From the NCBI GenBank assembly GCA_964187785.1, contig OZ076413.1, positions 44,642,001 to 44,702,000 of the forward strand: a DNA stretch of 60,000 nucleotides. Reading direction: 5' to 3'. The DNA is from Amphiscolops sp. MND2022 (taxonomy: Eukaryota). The notes under the pieces were generated by a model. It worked only from the letters and a program-made list of their open reading frames with translations. It was not told where the DNA came from and searched no databases. Positions 35,401 to 50,400 of the stretch are shown here, piece after piece. Each line of letters starts with the position of its first letter. Position 1 is the stretch's first letter. Position numbers and translations under genes: made by a program.

Positions 35401-38400
35401 GTTGAAATTTACGTTTTCAAGTAAAGAATTTGAAAGTTGTGAGAATTAACTCGTATGATATCTTTTCGGAACTCTACCGGTAGCTAGACGTTTCAATCCT
35501 TAGCCTATGATATTTCTGATTGAAGTAAATTTTAGGAAAGTGTCCAAAATTGGGACTATGTTGTCGAAAATAAAAAAAGTTCGAAACTTTGACATCTTTG
35601 CTGTAAACTCGATGAATTTCATGCCTCTTTTTCCCACAATTGCGTTTTGAATACCTTATTGTTTAAACGCTGAGGTCATTGGAATTTCTCTTCCTTGAAA
35701 ACTTTCGTTGCTTGAACAAAAAATGGGATTAGTTTGTCAAACAACGTGCTTTTTTGTTGTTTCATGGATTTTTGGGTGTTTTTGAGACCAATTCCAACAA
35801 AACATGCAGTTATCTCTTGACAATTGACTACTGGAGTTATCCGAATGAGGTAGGATTGAGTGTTTAAAACCATTTTGTGCAAGGAAGTAGGTCAAAAAAT
35901 AAACAAAAAACTGCCTGAAAAAGTAAAAATCTTGAAAGATTTCAGTTTTTCCAATAATTGTGTCATTTTGAGGAAACTTCAGACCATAAATTAGGCATTC
36001 TTTAAAACCGTGTTCCGGGCCTAGTTTTATCAACGCGAGCTTTTTGAACCCTTTAGTTTACCAAAGTTTTCCAATATCAAATAAAAATTCACTGAAAATG
36101 TCAGAAATCGACAAAAATTACTTTCAACTTTTCACGGTCACTTTTCAGCTATTTTCCAACCAAAATCTGCAAATATTCCCCTGAAAGCCTAATTGAAGAT
36201 GAGTTCAGTCTTTGTTGAACGTTTGCTGACATTCTGACACCAAAACGATTCAAAAAGTACACAAGTTGCACAGAAACAAAGTTGAAATTTTTCGACTCCT
36301 TTGGAGTCACTCTGAAGTGTTTGTGAAGCAAAACACTGTAATGTTCTCTTCAAGAAAATAATGCATAGCTCGTTGTTTCGTTGTTGAGTGGATTGCGGAA
36401 CTTAGATTAAAACCTTTCGAAAAATCTACAGAAATTAAATCAAAAACGACAAAAACTTCGAAATTTTGACATCTCAGGTCAATTTGAGGTCCTTTTCTTT
36501 TACGAATTGAACTTATCTCGTAATGAAAGTCCACCGAAACAACAAGTTTTCCCACGCCTTCAGCGTGTAAACACTGTAGTCCACGAAGTCTATCGTTATT
36601 TTGACAAAAAGTGGAAAAAAAGGCATTTGACAATTTTTCGAAATTTTGTCTTTTTCGATGTCGGTTCCGGACAATTTTCTATTGAAAAACTACATTTATC
36701 TCTTTTCTAAGCATACTGGACAACACTTATTTTCCTTGTTGACCCTTTTCAACGTTCCAATTGACGAAGTCTGTCAAAAATTTGGAAAAAATGCATGAAA
36801 TCTTTGAAAATTGGAAACTTTTGGGATTTTTGTCATTTTCGGTGTAAATTTGAGACATTTTCAAGCAAAACATTGCAATTATCTCTTCATTAAAGGCTAC
36901 GGGACGTACCAATTGTTTCAATGTTGACCCATTAAAACACTCCAATCCACGAAGTCTGTGAAACTTTAACAAAAAATGGATAAAACTTTGTGTTTTGTGT
37001 TTTGATTGGAAAATTTTGTGTTTTTTGTCAATTTCGGTGTCAATTTGAGACATTTCCATTTAGAAAAATGCAAGTAACTCTTTAAAATGGTTACTGGACA
37101 ACCAACGTTTTCCTTGTTGATCCCTTAAAACATTCCAATCCACGAAGTCTCCAAAATTTGACAAGAAATGCGTAGAAACTTGGAAAAATGGAAAATTTAG
37201 GGACTTTTGTCATTTTCGGTGTCAATTTGAGACTTTTTTCAATTACAAAACAGCCATTACCTCTTCGGAAACGCCTACTGGACAACAAAGGTGTACCGTG
37301 TTGATCGTTTTCAATAATCTAGTCCACGAATTCTATCGAAAATTTGACAAAAATTGCTTAAAAACGTTGAAAATCTGGAAATTTTTGGTTTTCTTTGTCC
37401 TTTTTTGGGTCTTTCTTTCCAAAAAACCGCATTTATCTCTTCATAAACAACTACTGGACAACGAGTTTTTGTTTTTGTGAATCTTTTCAATATTCTAATC
37501 CACGACATTTGTCGGAAACTCGATAAAAATTGCATTAAAACGTAAAAAAATGCCAATTTTCTCTTTTTGGGGTCTTTTTTGAGTTAATTTTGGGGTCATT
37601 CTGGGGTCCTTAGGGTCAACTAAAAAAGTCCGGAAATCTCCACAAATACAAATCGCACGAAGCTAAATTTATGTGAGCTGAATTCTATGGGTGAAACCCT
37701 TTAGCTTTGATATAAATAAATTCTTGGCAAATTTTGTAAAAAAAAACCGTTCGATTTAGATATTTTCCTTTCCCATATGAAATATGGGCGGAAAATAACA
37801 AACAAAACTCAGACTGATTGGAAACCAATTAATTCACTTTCTCATGTTATTGTCGAAGATGTCTCGGCTGAGCTTAGAATTCAATTAGACAATTATACAA
37901 CTTTTCAAAAAAAAATGACCTGTTTTTGATATAATAGACCTAGCAGAAGTTCCCAAATAGACTGTCTATCTACGTTCCGTACTGGAGCAGTTACAAAAGG
38001 AAAAAGTACCGGAAAACTTCGCAAATTGACCTGGAGAAAAAAATACTTGATTGATTGTCGAAAACTCATGCAAAAGCTACCAGTAAAGACATTTTAGAGA
38101 TGTTGGACCCTGACGTTCCTGTATGTGTTGAAGTAATTTGTCAGAGACTTATCAAAGCCAACCTAAGAGCTCGAATTGCCGTCAAAAAACCAGTGAATAT
38201 ACCTCCAAAACTGTTAAATTCGGAGATAAAAACTTATGGTTTGGGGATTTAAGAAGTATGATGGTACAAGAGGCCTCAAAAATTTCAGGAATTATGAATT
38301 CACGACTCTACAACGAAACATTGGTCGATACATTGTTTCCCCATTTTTATCTAGGAGAAATTTTCCAACAAGACAATGCCAAATGCCATGTATTGGCCGA

Positions 38401-41400
38401 AACATGGACTTTTTTGGAAAATTGTATGGATGTGGTGACAGATTGGTCTTCACAGTCTCCGGATTTGAATGTTATCGAGAATTTGTGGGCAATTCTGAAC
38501 AATCGGGTCCTCAAAAGGAATCCGAAGAACATTGATATCCTTTGGACTATTATCAAGGAGGAATTTTTCGAAATTGACAATGAAACTATCAGAAAACTCT
38601 ATGATTCCAATCGAATGAACTCTGTTAAAAAAATGCGACTACCCTACTAAGTATTGAACAATATTTAATCGTTTTGACAGTTTGTTTTATCTGTTTTCAT
38701 AATGTATTCTGAATATTCATTTTTTGACTTTGCCGAAATCATTTTTTACAGTCAGGGGTCCAATATATTTATTACAGTATGGTAGTTTAGACTTTAACAT
38801 CAAGAGCAAGCAATACTGTGTTCCAAACAATACAGCTCACAAATTTTTGAACAGTGCTTCTTTGTGAGGGTGGCCTTTCGTATACCGAACAATATTTGAG
38901 AAGAACAAAAATAAAGCCTAACTCATCTGATTGGACGACGAAAGAAAGCAAAAAACCATATAAATCCGACTCCTGTTCAAAGCTTACCGTCGGACGGAGC
39001 GACAAATAACAACTAAGAATTCGTTTGGGTTCTGCTATAAAATTAGTCTACATCATTACCGTTCGGTTACACAGCCTACCACCGTTTGTGAGAACTGTTG
39101 TTAATATATGTCAAGTGAATCAGAAAAGTACATAACGTAAAATTGTTCATACCGTGAACATGATCATGAAGTTGGTGATGTCATTGGCGGCGACTTTGAG
39201 TACTTGGGCGAATGACGACATCTTCTTGTTGAAGCGCAACATGTGCATGAGTTTGAGGTACCCGAAATAAACTGTCGCCGCGGAGGCTATCTTGTATGAC
39301 TCATTCACTGTCGCCGGTCCCCCGAAGCTGCAAACAAAAAGATATTCTTTATGCAAAGATAGTTCTTTTATGCAAAGATATTCTTTATGCAAAGATAGAA
39401 TGCTAAATTGTGTATGGACATCTTGATAGACATCAACTTGGCAATTAAGTGTTGGTAAAAAGGAATGTATTATATATAAAGTTTCGAGCAAATGCACGGA
39501 ACAACATATAATGAGGACTAGCTATCATGCACGGGGCAAGATTCGAAGCTAAAAACGTTGAATTTTCGAAGATATACTTGATAAGTTCGTAGATTTTTTA
39601 ATGGAATTTTAAATAAACAAAAACTAGTTAATACTAGTAGTACGAACACAACGGTCACTTTTATTGGTCTAGGTGTTCAATTGACCTGTAAATACATTTC
39701 TGTACATTATTACAGTATTGGGATAAATTTTCCGGGTTTCAATTGTGAAAAATGTTTCAGAACAGACAAAACATGTTTTGGCTAGAAATTTGAAAACCCA
39801 CTGGATATTTTGGCGATTGCTCAAAAAAAGGTCCCTGAAATAACAACTTAATTTCACTTGAGTTGATTTGAGAATAAGACAATCAAGATTATAAACGTTT
39901 GCGGCTACTGCGAAAATTTTAGCCATATATGGTATACAGGAAGGCAAACCTGATGAAGCGTGTGTCCGAGAACTCCTTTATCTGGTTCATGGTGACTTTG
40001 ACGCCCACCAGATAGGACAAGAGCAGACCAAAAGAGGTCCACGACAGTCCGATGATCACAATCTCGATCCAGTTCCAGAACTGACGCAGGTACTTCCATT
40101 TCAGCTGTTTGATCTCTTTGGCTAAACAGGACTTCATTTTTCGCACATAGGAAAAAGTGCCTAATATGACATGGCTTAAATATTAATAAATTGCGTGAAA
40201 AAATCTAATCAGTTACGTTTGTTGGAAAGTAGGCAAACAAAAATCCATGGTAGTTTTTGAAAAAAAAGAATGAAAGATTTGTATAAACAATGTTTTTCAA
40301 ATAATTTGGTCAAAAATTATTTGTTACAAAGCGCCTGCTGAGCACCAGAATTTTACGCACTAAATCATTTCAGCGACCACATTTTCTCAAGAAGATAGAC
40401 GTAGCATGTCAAAAATTAGTCCGGAAAAACGGGCGGCTGAGAAATTGATTTCCTTTTCCGTGTGGGTGGAAATTGGTAATTGAGAGGTTGAGCTTACCCT
40501 CGACCCACATGTAGTATATGAGGAAGGCGGCGTATACAAGCTGACAGACCAGCACCAAGTAACCGGCTCCACTCATGTACGGGTACAGTCGCAGCGTCTT
40601 CATCTGAACACAAACATCCAATATCTTCTATTTACACACAAGGAGTCCTCTTGACATTCAACTCTTGCTGTTCTCAAGTTTTTCGGAAACTTTCGGTCAT
40701 GTGAGTTTGGAACAAATCAACCAAACTTTTTTGTTGATCCAAATGTTGTTGGGTCTTCAAACCCAAAGAACACGTTCAAAAATGAACAATTTTCTTCATT
40801 ACTAAAAACCACGTATAAGCTGGACAAATTGTCAGAAGTGGAGGAACGCTTCAACTTTCACAGATTAATTATTCATACGAATTTACAAATTTTATCATTA
40901 AGTTCAAACTTTGAGGCCCACGTTGGGTCCCATTGAGTCTTTACAATCCTTACATGTACCAGTATTACCTTCACAGATTCTGTGTGCTATGTTTTAGCAT
41001 AGATAATTCAACACCTTATCCCAAGTTCTTTTCTTCCCCCATTTCTTTCTTCTCTTATTGTGCTTATCTCTTTTCCCTATTGTTTAGTTTTTGAATTCCT
41101 ACTTGCACTTTTAGTGAAACTAATCTTTGAACCTTTCTCAAGATTTTTGATGACATTGATTGTCGAAAACGTTTAACAAAGTTTTTTTTATTAATACTTT
41201 TCATCTACTTTCAAGAGAGTTCATTGGCGAGCCCACCTGTTCGAAGGGGTGTCCGTCTCCCTGTGCGTTGAATTCGACAACCAGACTCACTACTGAGAAG
41301 AGGTTGACATTGGGGTTGAACACGGTGAACTCCACGATGATGGCTCTTGTGAGGGTGTCTAACCAGTTGTTGGCCTGCAGTTCTTTCACTTCCTCCAGCG

Positions 41401-44400
41401 CCTTCTCCATGTCAGTGTTCAGCGTCCTGATGTACCCTCCGGGTCCGTACACGTTCATGTCACCCCAGATGGGGATGCCTGGGAACGCAAGAAATTCCAT
41501 ATTCTCTCCGGGTCAAACCATTTAATCCTTTATCCTAGTTGGATCTTGGTTATAAACTAGCAGATGTTGCTGGTTTTTGAATCATCGTAGCGACCTGTCC
41601 AATCACAAAGAAAATCAAATCCTCGTATTTTAAAATCAAAAATTGAGTTAAGAAATCACTGAGGTTTAAAACACGTCAACAAAAACATGTATTAAAATGA
41701 AGAGGTTAAAATTTGAAGTACATTTTCAAAGTTACCAACCATCAGCTTGCAGTTGTGGCACATAGACCCAAGGATTAGAACCGACAGGGTTGTTAGGTTT
41801 CTTTTCTTCCAGGTAGTATTCATCCGGGATGATTGTCTCGTTCAACTTCCATCCAGGGTCGTACGCCTGTGTATCCCCATTGCCCAGAGAGTAATCACCG
41901 TAGCAGTCGTTGATTGTACCCTGGAGCTCCTTTGGAACCTTGCACACGGCCAGTGGGTCCATTCTCACCTGTCGGATTCGAGCGGCTCCCACCAAATAGG
42001 ACTGCTTGTCTTGAGTAAAACCTAAAATTCAAAACTGGTGTATTTTATGACAACATTAAGTCGTTCAAAGTCGTAGTTTTTCAAAAAAAGAGAAAGATAG
42101 CGACCCATATTTTACATACACTGCAAAGAGCGAATGAAATTCGACAGCGATGGATTATGAAAATCGCCTCTTAGGTTCCGCAAACCCAAGCATCTCCATG
42201 AACGTATCTTGAAAGAAAAGACAGAATTGTTCAGGGTTTAAGGCGTAAAGTTTCATAAAGTAATTGAATGTAAATGTTTTCAAAGATTGTCCGCTATTGT
42301 ACTATTCGAACTATATCAATAATTGAATACGCCATGCAGTATCACGATTTTAAACGTTTACGGGAGTATGTATCGATATGCAATATCTTGATATTTTATA
42401 CTGGCTCAATACTTGAGTGTGAGTTGATGCTTCAAACTAATGATGTAACATGCATAACATGGAACCTCGTATTCCATCAGTGACGTTTCCGTTGTACCAC
42501 TTCTGGTTGTATAGTCCGGGAATGAGTGACGTGTACATCCAGCCCCACACATCTCCATATTTGGTGATGCTCGACCACTTGGTTCCCGTCGTGAACATGT
42601 TGCGAAGGTTTTCCGTCATCAGGTACGCCCTTTAACCCAACATTACATTACATTACATTACAGGCAATTGGGTATCAGTGAAAATATTCTCAATTTAGTT
42701 ATGCAACTATAATGCACAATCAAAAGTTAGACTTACATCAAAAAATTGTTCGAGAACACGCTTACTAGTTCTCATTTAAAAGGATACATTGAAGAAATAT
42801 GTTTCATTTCATGGATTTTATGAAAGGCTCACTTAATCATTCTAGCTTTATAAACTCCACTCTAGGTCTGCTTTTATGGTTGGCCAATTGCGCACACCTA
42901 CATTACATACAAAGTAGATACTGAACTATAATCGATGAAATTTGATATATTGATGTGTGTGGAAATTTTAGTTTCTGGCGTCCACGGAAACCCATTGCTT
43001 TTGCGCGAAGTACATATGATAAACAAAACTATCCTAATCACGTTTTTAGACCGCCGGATTAGTGAAAGCAGCTGAAAAGGCTGACAATAGTGTGTCTTAT
43101 TAAAACTCATTTGGCAAACCTGATGTTTACTTGGCAAACAAAACTTCCTAGGCGATATTAACAAGTTAGCGAGTGACGTCAGCGATGAAATGATTCGAAT
43201 CTACTGAAGTCAGAGTCGATCCCTAAGAGCGAATTTTACTAAGTCCCACTTTTGGCCGAAAATTTTCTAAGATACACTATGAAAAACCAAACATCACAAA
43301 TCTTTAAACCCCCCCAAACAGTTTTTCTCAAAGACTATTAATCGTAGAGACTTGAAATTTGGCACACGTATACCTGAGCTGTTATGCTACTGATCCACAA
43401 AAACAGAACCGAGCCGAACCCCCCAACCCCGGGCTATTAGCACCGGAAGTGACCTAGGTCGACCCCCCTACGAAATCGTCGGCCAAGCAAGGAAAAAGTC
43501 GTAGTATATACGGAATTGATAGCCCATATGATATTAGGCCAGGCCGCTTGCGCAGATTTTCGGAAACCCACGACGCGTGTAGGAGGAGTACGGACCCTAT
43601 GTAAATAAACCCCGAATGTTATGTGAATAGCCACCAGTTGACCCGAGGATCATGAAACCTACCCAAGATGTTCACCTAGCAACCCTAAGTAATATACATG
43701 AAAGATACATTGATCGGTCCACCACGCGCGGAGTAATGTTTGTTTAAGGCACGCGGGACCGGACGCGCGGGCCCAACCGATAAAAGACATTTGACCTTGG
43801 CTTGTAATACCTCAAACGAACCGGAATGATGAATGTAGTCGACTTATAACGTAAAGGAAACCGTATTTGTAACCCATGCGGGGGTAACCGCCCTAAGTAA
43901 ACAAATTATACGCTTAACATGTAACTCAGGAACCATTGACCCTACAATGATATAACTTGGCATGTAGCAACTTTGGACGAGGACAAATAACTTCAAGGTC
44001 ACCGATGGACCTCAAGGTCATTCTGGATGCAACCCATGAACATATAGAGAAACTTATGATAAATTATGTAAATCAGCGCCATTTGTGTGATAATTTATGC
44101 AATTCAGTCAGGCAAGAGAATTCGCGATGCACCGTGCTCAGAACAAGAGAAAATTACCCCTTACCCGTAGAGAACATGTAAACCATGTATTTGAAGGTCA
44201 ATGAACAATTGGCTCGATATTGGAAATATCTTGGTTGACTTGAATTATTATTGAAATGTGAACTTCGTACAGCTATTGTTGAAGTATTTGTCGTTGGCGG
44301 CGAAGTATGTCTGGCCGAAATATAAATAGGGCGCCGCAGTGCCATAAAAGGAATGAAACTACATGAAGGTAAAAGCATGCAAATAAAAGAGCGACATCGG

Positions 44401-47400
44401 TACAACAAAAATGCGGGCGATGAACAAATATAATTGAGGCGGAATTGGAATATACTTGAATAGACACAACCGAGTTAGAGAGCTAGAATTCAGTTGAGCC
44501 TCAGGACGGGGGCAAGAGATTCGAACTAGCTGGAGTAACTGGTCGTCGTTAACTCCGGGAGTCAGTGACAGAAATGGTACAAGTCCGGGACTTGTGACTT
44601 GGTTGAAACTGGAGCTTCAACAAGATTGAGTCGAATTGCGCCTAATGTACCTGGCTGAATCGTGGATTCGATTGTTGTACCCTTTTATTGAGAGTTGTAT
44701 ATAGAACTTGACGAATATTAGTTAGTTTGACTGTTTTGAATTACTAGTGTTATTTTTGCGATACAGAAGTAATTGTTTTATCCCATTACTTGAAATTTTT
44801 GGATAGACGCGAGCCGATAGAGCAAATCTGGACAGAGAAATTGACAGTAACAACAAAAGAATCGGCTAACTCACTAAAACAACCTTTTTGTCTGTTAAGC
44901 TTCCAATTGGAGGTAAAACCCTCTCCAAGCCCCGAATTGGATTTTCTTACAATGTGATTATCAATACATTCTTATAAGGGCCGATGTTTCCGAATAATCA
45001 AATAGATTAACTCAAGTGAAAAATTACGCTTCACCTGAATAACATTAACGAACCATACATTTATTCACTTTTGATGCTTGAAAATACTTCAATTGTGATG
45101 TGGCAGCCTGTAATGTAGAAACTCAATTGCTAACAATCTCAATCGAAATCACAATTTTCAACACACATGGTTGCCCATTCTTGCTTTTTTGTTATAAATG
45201 ATATACACAAAAATAACAATACAAGGAGCCAATCAAATACTTCATCGAAAATTGTAGAAAAAAACATGAAAACTTTCGGAAAGACTTTAAATTGGGAGAT
45301 ATTTCAAGTTGTTGGGGTTAACCTCGGGTCTGTCTGTGCGTTGACAATGGTAGACAGCAAAAAGAGGAAGAGAAAGTATCTGCCGATCTCGAAGAGGGCA
45401 TCCCACATTTTCTTCATCTTCTCCCTGTACTTGCGGGCGGCCTCTATATCTGTTGAGAGAGGCTTCACGTACGCCTTCTGCAGCTTCTTGTACTGACGCT
45501 TGTAGTCGCTGTAGTCCAACTGCAATACCACACAAAAGTGTTATAAATATGAATATGAACATCAAAAGATCCAAGCACAAAACTTAGCCAGTTCAGAGAT
45601 GACAAAGTTCCGAATCATTCTGCAATTTATATCTCAAAAATGTTCTATAACTTACAGAACCCCCCAGATGGAATTCATGAAAATTTCATACATTTGAATT
45701 TGGTTTCATGTATGTTGTCTCAAGTTTTTGAGCATACCATGGTCATTGTGTAAAGCATTGATTATTGGCTTCAATGTGGAAAGAGGTGTTAACCCAATTT
45801 GAAATCTTTTTGGACATACCTCAACGATGGATTTTCCTTTCTCGGATGTGTGCTCAATGATCTCCATTCTCTGCTGCTCTTTCGGGTCGGGCTGTTCTGG
45901 CTTCTTGATCAGCAGGGCGAAGAATAAGCCCAGACAGATCATCTTCACTGGCTGCACAAAGAACAAGCTCTCGAAAAATCCCATCAGGAAAGTCTTCAGC
46001 CATAAGTTCGACTTCTCCTGTAAAGAGAATTTGATTTTAATTATGAAGAGAACGTGATAAAGTGACAAGTTGGTTTTACTCACACGAGCAAAAGTGCAAT
46101 ATTCCTCAAAAGTAGCACGTATCATCAGGAGATTTATTATACATACTGAGGTTGCATGGTACCATGCGCAATACCTTGTACACATACCTATCTAATATAC
46201 AATGCCATGCATGGTCAAGTCAATTTGCTCTGTCCTATGAAAATCCACGAACTTGATTTCAAAAGTTACAAATGGACAATGAAGCATCTTCTCCGAAAAT
46301 GATTTTTTCAGAGTGCTTTTTTCTTCCTACTTTTTTGCATACCTTTCCGTACTGCATGCCGTAGAGCAGGGTGAAAAAGGCGGATACAAAAGACACGAAG
46401 CCCATGAGGAACCATCCGATGATGACAGTCCACCAGGGCAGTCCCTTGGGCTTCTTGCCTTCCTCCAATTGGTCAGGGGGAGCCTCGTTTATCACACTCT
46501 CGATGCTGCACGTTGACGCATCCAGGGGATTAGCTGGAAATACATGTAGCAACTAGACAATTGTTAAACGCGGCTCGTTGCTATGGAAACGGTTTCACTT
46601 CACTTCACTTTTTATTTTAATGAAACCAGTTCTTTGATGGAGATAGAGATATTGTTGAGCCTAAAGATATAAAACTCATCTGCTTGGCTTAACGTCTAGT
46701 TGCCATATCTATTAACTATGTTATGACTATCATGATCAAAACGATCATGTTTCACCCCGAGGTACCATAAATGATTCAAAATTTCTACCTCTAATAACTT
46801 TCGTCTGTCAAGTCACTTTACAACTAAAGCCTTGAATACTACTGCACTTACGTTTCTTTGGTTTCTTCCCGAATATTCCCTTGACCTTGTCCATCAAACT
46901 GGGCTTCTTGGTCTTGTTGCTCTTGAACATGGAGGTGTGAGACACTGTCATCTGTCCGGCAGACTGGATACTAGCCCTGGAAGCGGAGTTCAGGTTGGTG
47001 AAACTTTTCATGCTCTTGCCCTGTGACCTGTGGTGACCTCGACTGCCCACCAGAGACTTGCCCTTCTTGAAGTCCTCGTTCTCCTTCAGCTCCTTGGGAA
47101 TCTTGGGTTTGGCGTTCTTGAAGATGTACACAATCAAGAAGTTGACCGGGAAAATCACGAAGTTACACTGCAGTCCGATCATGACCTGGAAACAAGAAAG
47201 AAATATACTGAATGGTAAAACACCTCAATGATACTTTCCTTTGGAATTAGACGCTGGATTCATCCAATTCAATTTCTATGTCAACGCTTAATGCAAGCTT
47301 TAGTACCATATTTGCAACCAATTGCTCAAACAAAGATCACAATTTAATGGTGTGGTTTCCAAGTCACTTGTCCAATGTCAAAAGCTTAACTGCTCGCTGT

Positions 47401-50400
47401 TTGTTTTTGCTTGCTCGCCTCTCGTTTTTTGTCACTACGGCCAACAGAACTAGAGATCAGAAAAACCTAGTCAAGCCAGATTCGAACCTGATACTCTTGA
47501 TTATCTAACCACTATTGCTACGAGATTATTCGGTTATAGTTCATTGTTACCTGAGTCCAGCTGAGCTCGATACCCATGACAGAGACAGTGCTGGTATCGC
47601 CCTCGGCCGCCCCAAAGAACATGATGTTAGCCAGCATAGTGCAGTAGAGCAGACAGAGACAGCAGGAGGCTCTCTGGACTCTGGTGAAGTTGCTCCTCAC
47701 GGGGCGCCCGAACACACTGAACCAGATATTGCCGTCCCACAGGTCCCGTTCGACCTGGACACGACAAAAATATTTATTATCTATCATTTAGAGTGATGTC
47801 CAAGCATGTTTAACGGTTACGAATTGGCAAAACCGTTTCTTCAAACATTGGGCCGTATCTCTCAGAGTTCAGTACCATTTTTGTCGGACCTTTATGGAAA
47901 ATAACTCAAGTGTTATAGTGTTTTTCCAATCCGGTCGAAGTGACCCTTTCATACCGAATGCTCAAATTCTACAATATTTCTTCAAATTGGAAGGGTCCTC
48001 CTTTTCACATTGTGACCAAGTTTTCCAAAATGGCTCTTTTGGTTTTTTAGTACTTTCAATTATTAAAAAAAGTTTTTTATGCCCAAAAGTTTCCCTTTTG
48101 GTCTTTTTAACAAAAAAATATCACAAAAGGCTTTTCGCCGTTTCAAGCGCAAAAACCAATGAATTTTCTTGACATTCTGAGATTGAGAATTTTTTTGAGA
48201 AAGATTCCTTGAGGCCTTTTTAGTTTTAATGCATGTACAATAATTTTTCTTAAAACGATCCTTTAACGCCGTGTCGGTTTCCATACATGTGCAAGTTGGC
48301 TCAGTTCAATTGTCAGCTACTCATTGAAACTTTTTTGGAACTAGTTTGCAGTTTTATCAATTACAGATCTGAGTTAATCAAAACTAAGATAGCATACTTT
48401 TATACAAGAAAGTGTTCCTAGAAGCCAGAAATAAGCGTGAAAATACCTTGTTTTTGAAGAGAGTAGTGAAATCTTTGAGCTCGGCTTCAGAAGCGATTGG
48501 GATCTCTCGCTCGACTTGCCCGTCGTCCTTGTCTACTGCGAGCCAGCGGTTGTTGAGGAAGATGTACTGCTTCTTGTTCTGCAGGTCCTTCACCAGGATG
48601 TGTTTCAGATACCTGCAATGAATGTACGAAACATGATCACGCAATCCTCGGTATCGCTTTCAATTCTCAGCTGAAGAGGAACGTCGGTAACTTAAAATGC
48701 TGGAATCAAAACGTGGTTTCGCAGGTTTGAAGAGGTTAAAACTGATTTGTTTAGACTATTTTCAAATAATATTCATGGGGTATCTTTATTTTTGCCTCTT
48801 TATTATATAGACATATCCATGTATAATTGCCATCTTCAAAATCAAGCGTACAAAACAATTTGCCTCAAAAGGCCTTCACCCCGATAATATTTAGCTTCAG
48901 AATCAGACGACAAAAAATTAGGTCCATTTGACATTATGAAGAACGTCGAAAAACGTCGATAAAAATAAACCACTTTGGAGCAAGCTTATTTTGCGCTCAT
49001 GCATTTCTTATTCCTATCAAATTCTCGTGAAACGTTTGCAATACTACTTAACATATGTCTCTATGATTCAGCAACTTTTCAATAGTTTAAAATGACAATG
49101 GTTCAATTCAGATGCAACATCTTCTTCTCAGCTGGTTGAAATAGGAGCTGGACAGTACTAACCAACTGGGTTGATTGCCCTTGTTGTTGTGCCACACCTG
49201 TATGCTCTCCAGGTCACCCAGACACTTGGGGGTGGTGAGAATGAAGGAGTCGACACTGCCCGAACAGAACAGCTCCTTGCCCTCCTCCAACAACACGTGG
49301 GGTCTGCTCACTTGGTCTCCACACAGCACCACCGTCACGTTGGAAGAGGTACCAGCGTCTCCACCGATGCCAGTGTACACTGTGACGTCATACTGGTACG
49401 TGTCATTGGGGTCGTTGTCTGCAAGGAACGCGATTCCCAGCTATAACAAAACACAATAGGTGAGTCGATTATTTGGCACTGAGCAAGGAACTCATGCAGT
49501 CACTTTTTCGTATGCATAAAAGGGTGACTCATGAAGTGAGATGAACGCTCGTCCCAATGAAAGATAAAAGTTATTTAGTATTTGCAAATTTATATATTAG
49601 TTTCAGTAATGACTTCGAACAATTCATCAAAAAAATCAAGTTTTTTTATAAGATATTTCTAATGAGAGTTTTTTGCTAACTTTTTGCTAAGCGACTGCAG
49701 GTTGTTCGGTTTGAGCGACAAATTTCTTGCAAGTTACATAAAAAGTTGCTTAACATCGAACTAATGACTGAAATCGTGTGTGAAAAAAAAGCTGAAATTG
49801 CTCATCATTAGTTTCAAGGCAGCAGACAAAATTTAGGGTGATAGTTATTCCTCAAAAATCACAGGCAGAAAGGAAGAGTTAAACATTTGGTCCTACGATT
49901 GTTTTCAAAGCATGCATTCATTTTTCCAATCACCCGGACTTATGGCTCAAGAAGCGAACCGACATTCCAGAATTTGTCAACATGTCAGCGTAAGTGTTTT
50001 TTGAAACTCAAAATCAACCTTTTTAATTTTAACAAGACGGGAACGTCTCAAGTCGGCGCTATATCTAAGGCTCAAAAAGCGCAAAACAGTTTTTTTTGGA
50101 AAAAAACTTGAAATTTTCGAAAAAAACTTTCTTTCGGAAAATGTCGCACAGTGCCGAAAAATGTAAAAGCCTTTTTGATTTATAAACACGCATTCTGTAG
50201 CAAAATAACAAAAAACTCAAACACTCCAACGGGGGACCCTTTGGGGACATTAAGTAAGAAAATTTCGAAAAAAAAGTCGCACAGTGCCGAAAAAAATTGA
50301 AAGGGGGACCCTTTAGTCCCGTCCGGGTTTGTAGGTAACGTTTAAAAAGTAAAAACCAAAGGGGGGATCCTTTGGAATAATTTACATGCGTTTCCCTGGT

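Noticed and set aside
44165..44855. Possible solo LTR in a PKD1-like intron
   Set aside because: It ends in ..GTAACAACA, but no clear TG start, TSD, second copy or internal domain was found.
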